DNA of 58,289 nt from Anaerolineales bacterium (GTDB lineage Bacteria; Chloroflexota; Anaerolineae; Anaerolineales; UBA4823). The translations under genes were made by a program, and so were the position numbers. Location of the stretch: positions 1 through 58,289 of the forward strand of contig DATDRQ010000310.1 of the NCBI GenBank assembly GCA_035291645.1, read 5' to 3'. Shown in pieces: positions 57,044 to 58,289 of this stretch. Each line of letters begins with the position of its first letter. Position 1 is the stretch's first letter. The notes under the pieces were generated by a model that saw nothing but the letters and a program-made list of their open reading frames with translations, ran no database searches and was not told where the DNA came from.

Positions 57044-57484
57044 TTATTCTCCCACCCAAAACACCCAGGACACACCCAACTGGTGAGCGCGGTTCACAAG
57101 GTGTAGGTCGGTCGTCCAAAACGGAACATCGAGTTTCTCTGCTAATGCAAGGTAAAAACCATCATAGGCTTGGTGTTGGGTTAATCGAGTCGACCAGGCG
57201 AATGCTTGTCGGCAAGCTTCCGTATCCGCATCATACAATTCGATGCTTAAACCTAACAGAGCTTCGAGAGCCTCCATTGCTCTTTCTTCAGTAAGAAGCT
57301 TCTTCATGTAAATTTTATGCAGAACAGAGGTTGTTTCGTTCAGCCACAAGCGTGGTGCACATACACTGACTCCCTCTTCTATCCAGCCAGACCAACGCAC
57401 ATCCACCTTCTCAGATAGTGGATCAGCAATCACCTGGAAGACGCCTACCCCGGCGTCAATCACCACGGCTGAGGATCTGATCAT
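57044..57484 (-). CDS. vapC: PIN-domain toxin, VapC family
   Basis: Acidic PIN residues in VVIDAGV, NETTSVL, AYDGFYLALA and TTDLHL; 146 aa. Confidence 0.85.
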   Translation of the reverse strand: MIRSSAVVIDAGVGVFQVIADPLSEKVDVRWSGWIEEGVSVCAPRLWLNETTSVLHKIYMKKLLTEERAMEALEALLGLSIELYDADTEACRQAFAWSTRLTQHQAYDGFYLALAEKLDVPFWTTDLHLVNRAHQLGVSWVFWVGE

Positions 57485-57764
57485 CCCGTTCCTCTCGTAA
57501 TTCAGAGATCAAATCAGGGAAACTCACATCGAGTGGAACGCCTCCATGTTCTCTCATGATAGCCAAACGTACCTGGCGGGTTTTCTCGAGAACCTGTAAG
57601 CGTCGCTGTTTCTCCACGGCAAATAGCCGCTGGCGCTGTTCAATCCCTTCTTGAACGAATTCCCGGGTGAGCTCGGAAATGCTTCGACCTTCGAGCTTGG
57701 CGAGTTGAGCCAGGTTCTTGTGCTGATCGGGATCAAGCAACAGGTGTGTTCTATACTTGCTCAT
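57456..57764 (-). CDS. vapB: ribbon-helix-helix antitoxin (VapB-like)
   Basis: N-terminal RHH pattern THLLLDPDQHKNLAQLAKLEGRSISELTREFV. Lies upstream of vapC and overlaps it by 29 nt. Confidence 0.7.
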   Translation of the reverse strand: MSKYRTHLLLDPDQHKNLAQLAKLEGRSISELTREFVQEGIEQRQRLFAVEKQRRLQVLEKTRQVRLAIMREHGGVPLDVSFPDLISELREERDDQILSRGD

Positions 57765-57784
57765 AAGCAGAACTCCTCAAATCA

Positions 57785-57813
57785 ATTATCACATGCACAT
57801 GTGAGTGTGTCAA
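57785..57813 (-). promoter_or_regulatory. vapBC promoter with an embedded palindromic operator
   Basis: On the minus strand: TTGACA-17-GATAAT. The spacer contains TCACATG-TG-CATGTGA (plus-strand 57789-57804). GAGGAG SD follows. Confidence 0.6.
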
Positions 57814-57881
57814 GTGCGATTTCCTATTATACTGGCCTTGTGCCAGGTGACTCGTGAAGAACGGGGGGATAAACTCCGGAG

Positions 57882-58046
57882 ACGGCCTGGGGAGATGTAA
57901 GTGTGGCAAGGAAACTATTATGCCTTAACCGTCACCGAACGGCGGCATGGTGCGCGTCGGCCCGGTGCGTTACAACACGGAGGAGGAGATCCACAGGTTC
58001 GGGGAGGCGTTGGGGAAAATCGCACACCTTAAGCTGGCTGAATGAT
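57882..58046 (+). pseudogene. 3'-terminal fragment of a second copy of the class V aminotransferase gene (frameshifted)
   Basis: Aligns by eye to 56866-57039. It encodes WQGNYYALTVTER, then a 20-nt deletion, then GGMVRVGPVRYNTEEEIHRFGEALGKIAHLKLAE*, against the intact WDGNYYALSVTERLGVEQSGGMVRVGPVHYNTVEEINKFGEMLGKLATASSE*. A TAA lies just upstream and there is no 5' part. Confidence 0.75.
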
Positions 58047-58097
58047 TCTCATGCCAGCCAAGCTCTCATGCGACAAATTCTTGATGTACCGCCAAAG

Positions 58098-58125
58098 TTG
58101 TTTGCTGATCGTCGGATGATATAAT
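58098..58125 (+). promoter_or_regulatory. candidate promoter (TTGTTT-16-TATAAT) of the last gene
   Basis: Hexamers at 58098-58103 and 58120-58125, 60 nt upstream of ATG 58185. Confidence 0.35.
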
Positions 58126-58184
58126 GATCTATATAAGCAGAGCTACAGGCCCGGCTCCAGCGTCTCGTCGATTGACGCGTCCGC

Positions 58185-58289
58185 ATGGATAATTTATTCC
58201 ACACGATCCAAACGATTCAAGAGCGTTTGCTTGAGGCAAATATTCCCTCTATTGTCATTGGCGGCATGGCAGTTGCCGCTTGGGGTGAG
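58185..58289 (+). CDS. partial CDS (first 35 codons), possibly a nucleotidyltransferase-fold protein
   Basis: MDNLFHTIQTIQERLLEANIPSIVIGGMAVAAWGE. The ..IGG.A...G.. start is typical of small Pol-beta-fold NTases often found in TA/defence contexts. Not in the ORF track (open at the window edge). Confidence 0.3.
   Translation, partial: MDNLFHTIQTIQERLLEANIPSIVIGGMAVAAWGE

Noticed and set aside
57580-57594. 15-nt identity (GTTTTCTCGAGAACC) between the vapB coding sequence and the icd-sdhC1 spacer (50655-50669)
   Set aside because: A few exact matches of about 14-15 nt are expected by chance within 58 kb on both strands. The vapB copy is inside a coding region.
57903-58124. 73-aa ORF MARKLLCLNRHRTAAWCASARCV..
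   Set aside because: It is an off-frame read across the aminotransferase 3'-end fragment. The meaningful signal there is the pseudogene fragment, not this ORF.

Overview
A 58.3-kb GC-rich bacterial chromosomal window. The gene content, especially the many GT39-like membrane proteins, suggests a Chloroflexota/Anaerolineae-like organism, but this is inference only. (1) Bases 1-22118 hold one long minus-strand glycan locus. It contains eight large polytopic membrane proteins (at least five carry the Asp-Glu loop motif of PMT/ArnT-type GT-C glycosyltransferases), a GtrB/ArnC-like polyprenol-phosphate sugar synthase with a flippase-like partner, gmd, a GT4 enzyme, a Wzx-type flippase and a TviB/TviC-like dehydrogenase/epimerase pair. 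(2) 22128-26799, same strand: udg, rimI, tsaB, tsaE, pcrA. (3) 26954-37564, plus strand: holB, an orphan GAF-GAF-PAS histidine kinase, an MBL-like protein, asparaginase II, endonuclease III, a DNPH1-like N-glycosidase, a CbpA-type DnaJ, HtrA and an eRF1/Vms1-like (baeRF) protein facing hsp20. (4) 38215-49169: a methyltransferase, tRNA-Pro, two poorly characterised genes, a soluble GT2, rnhB, corA behind a ~410-nt leader, a Ca-type P-type ATPase and lutABC. (5) 49301-55380: icd, then two tandem sdhCD membrane-anchor pairs ahead of one sdhAB, then tRNA-Arg. (6) 55771-58289: a class V aminotransferase whose 3' end is duplicated as a frameshifted fragment on the far side of a vapBC cassette, then a partial nucleotidyltransferase-like gene. 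Non-coding signals worth follow-up: a structured ~85-bp intergenic repeat family (4 copies between 30.3 and 39.0 kb); a shared CRP/FNR-like 16-bp site upstream of lutA/icd and of sdhC2; a tandemly repeated hairpin unit beside tRNA-Arg; and a probable leaderless holB. No CRISPR array, transposase or integrase was seen. All calls come from reading the sequence and ORF translations by eye; no searches were run.
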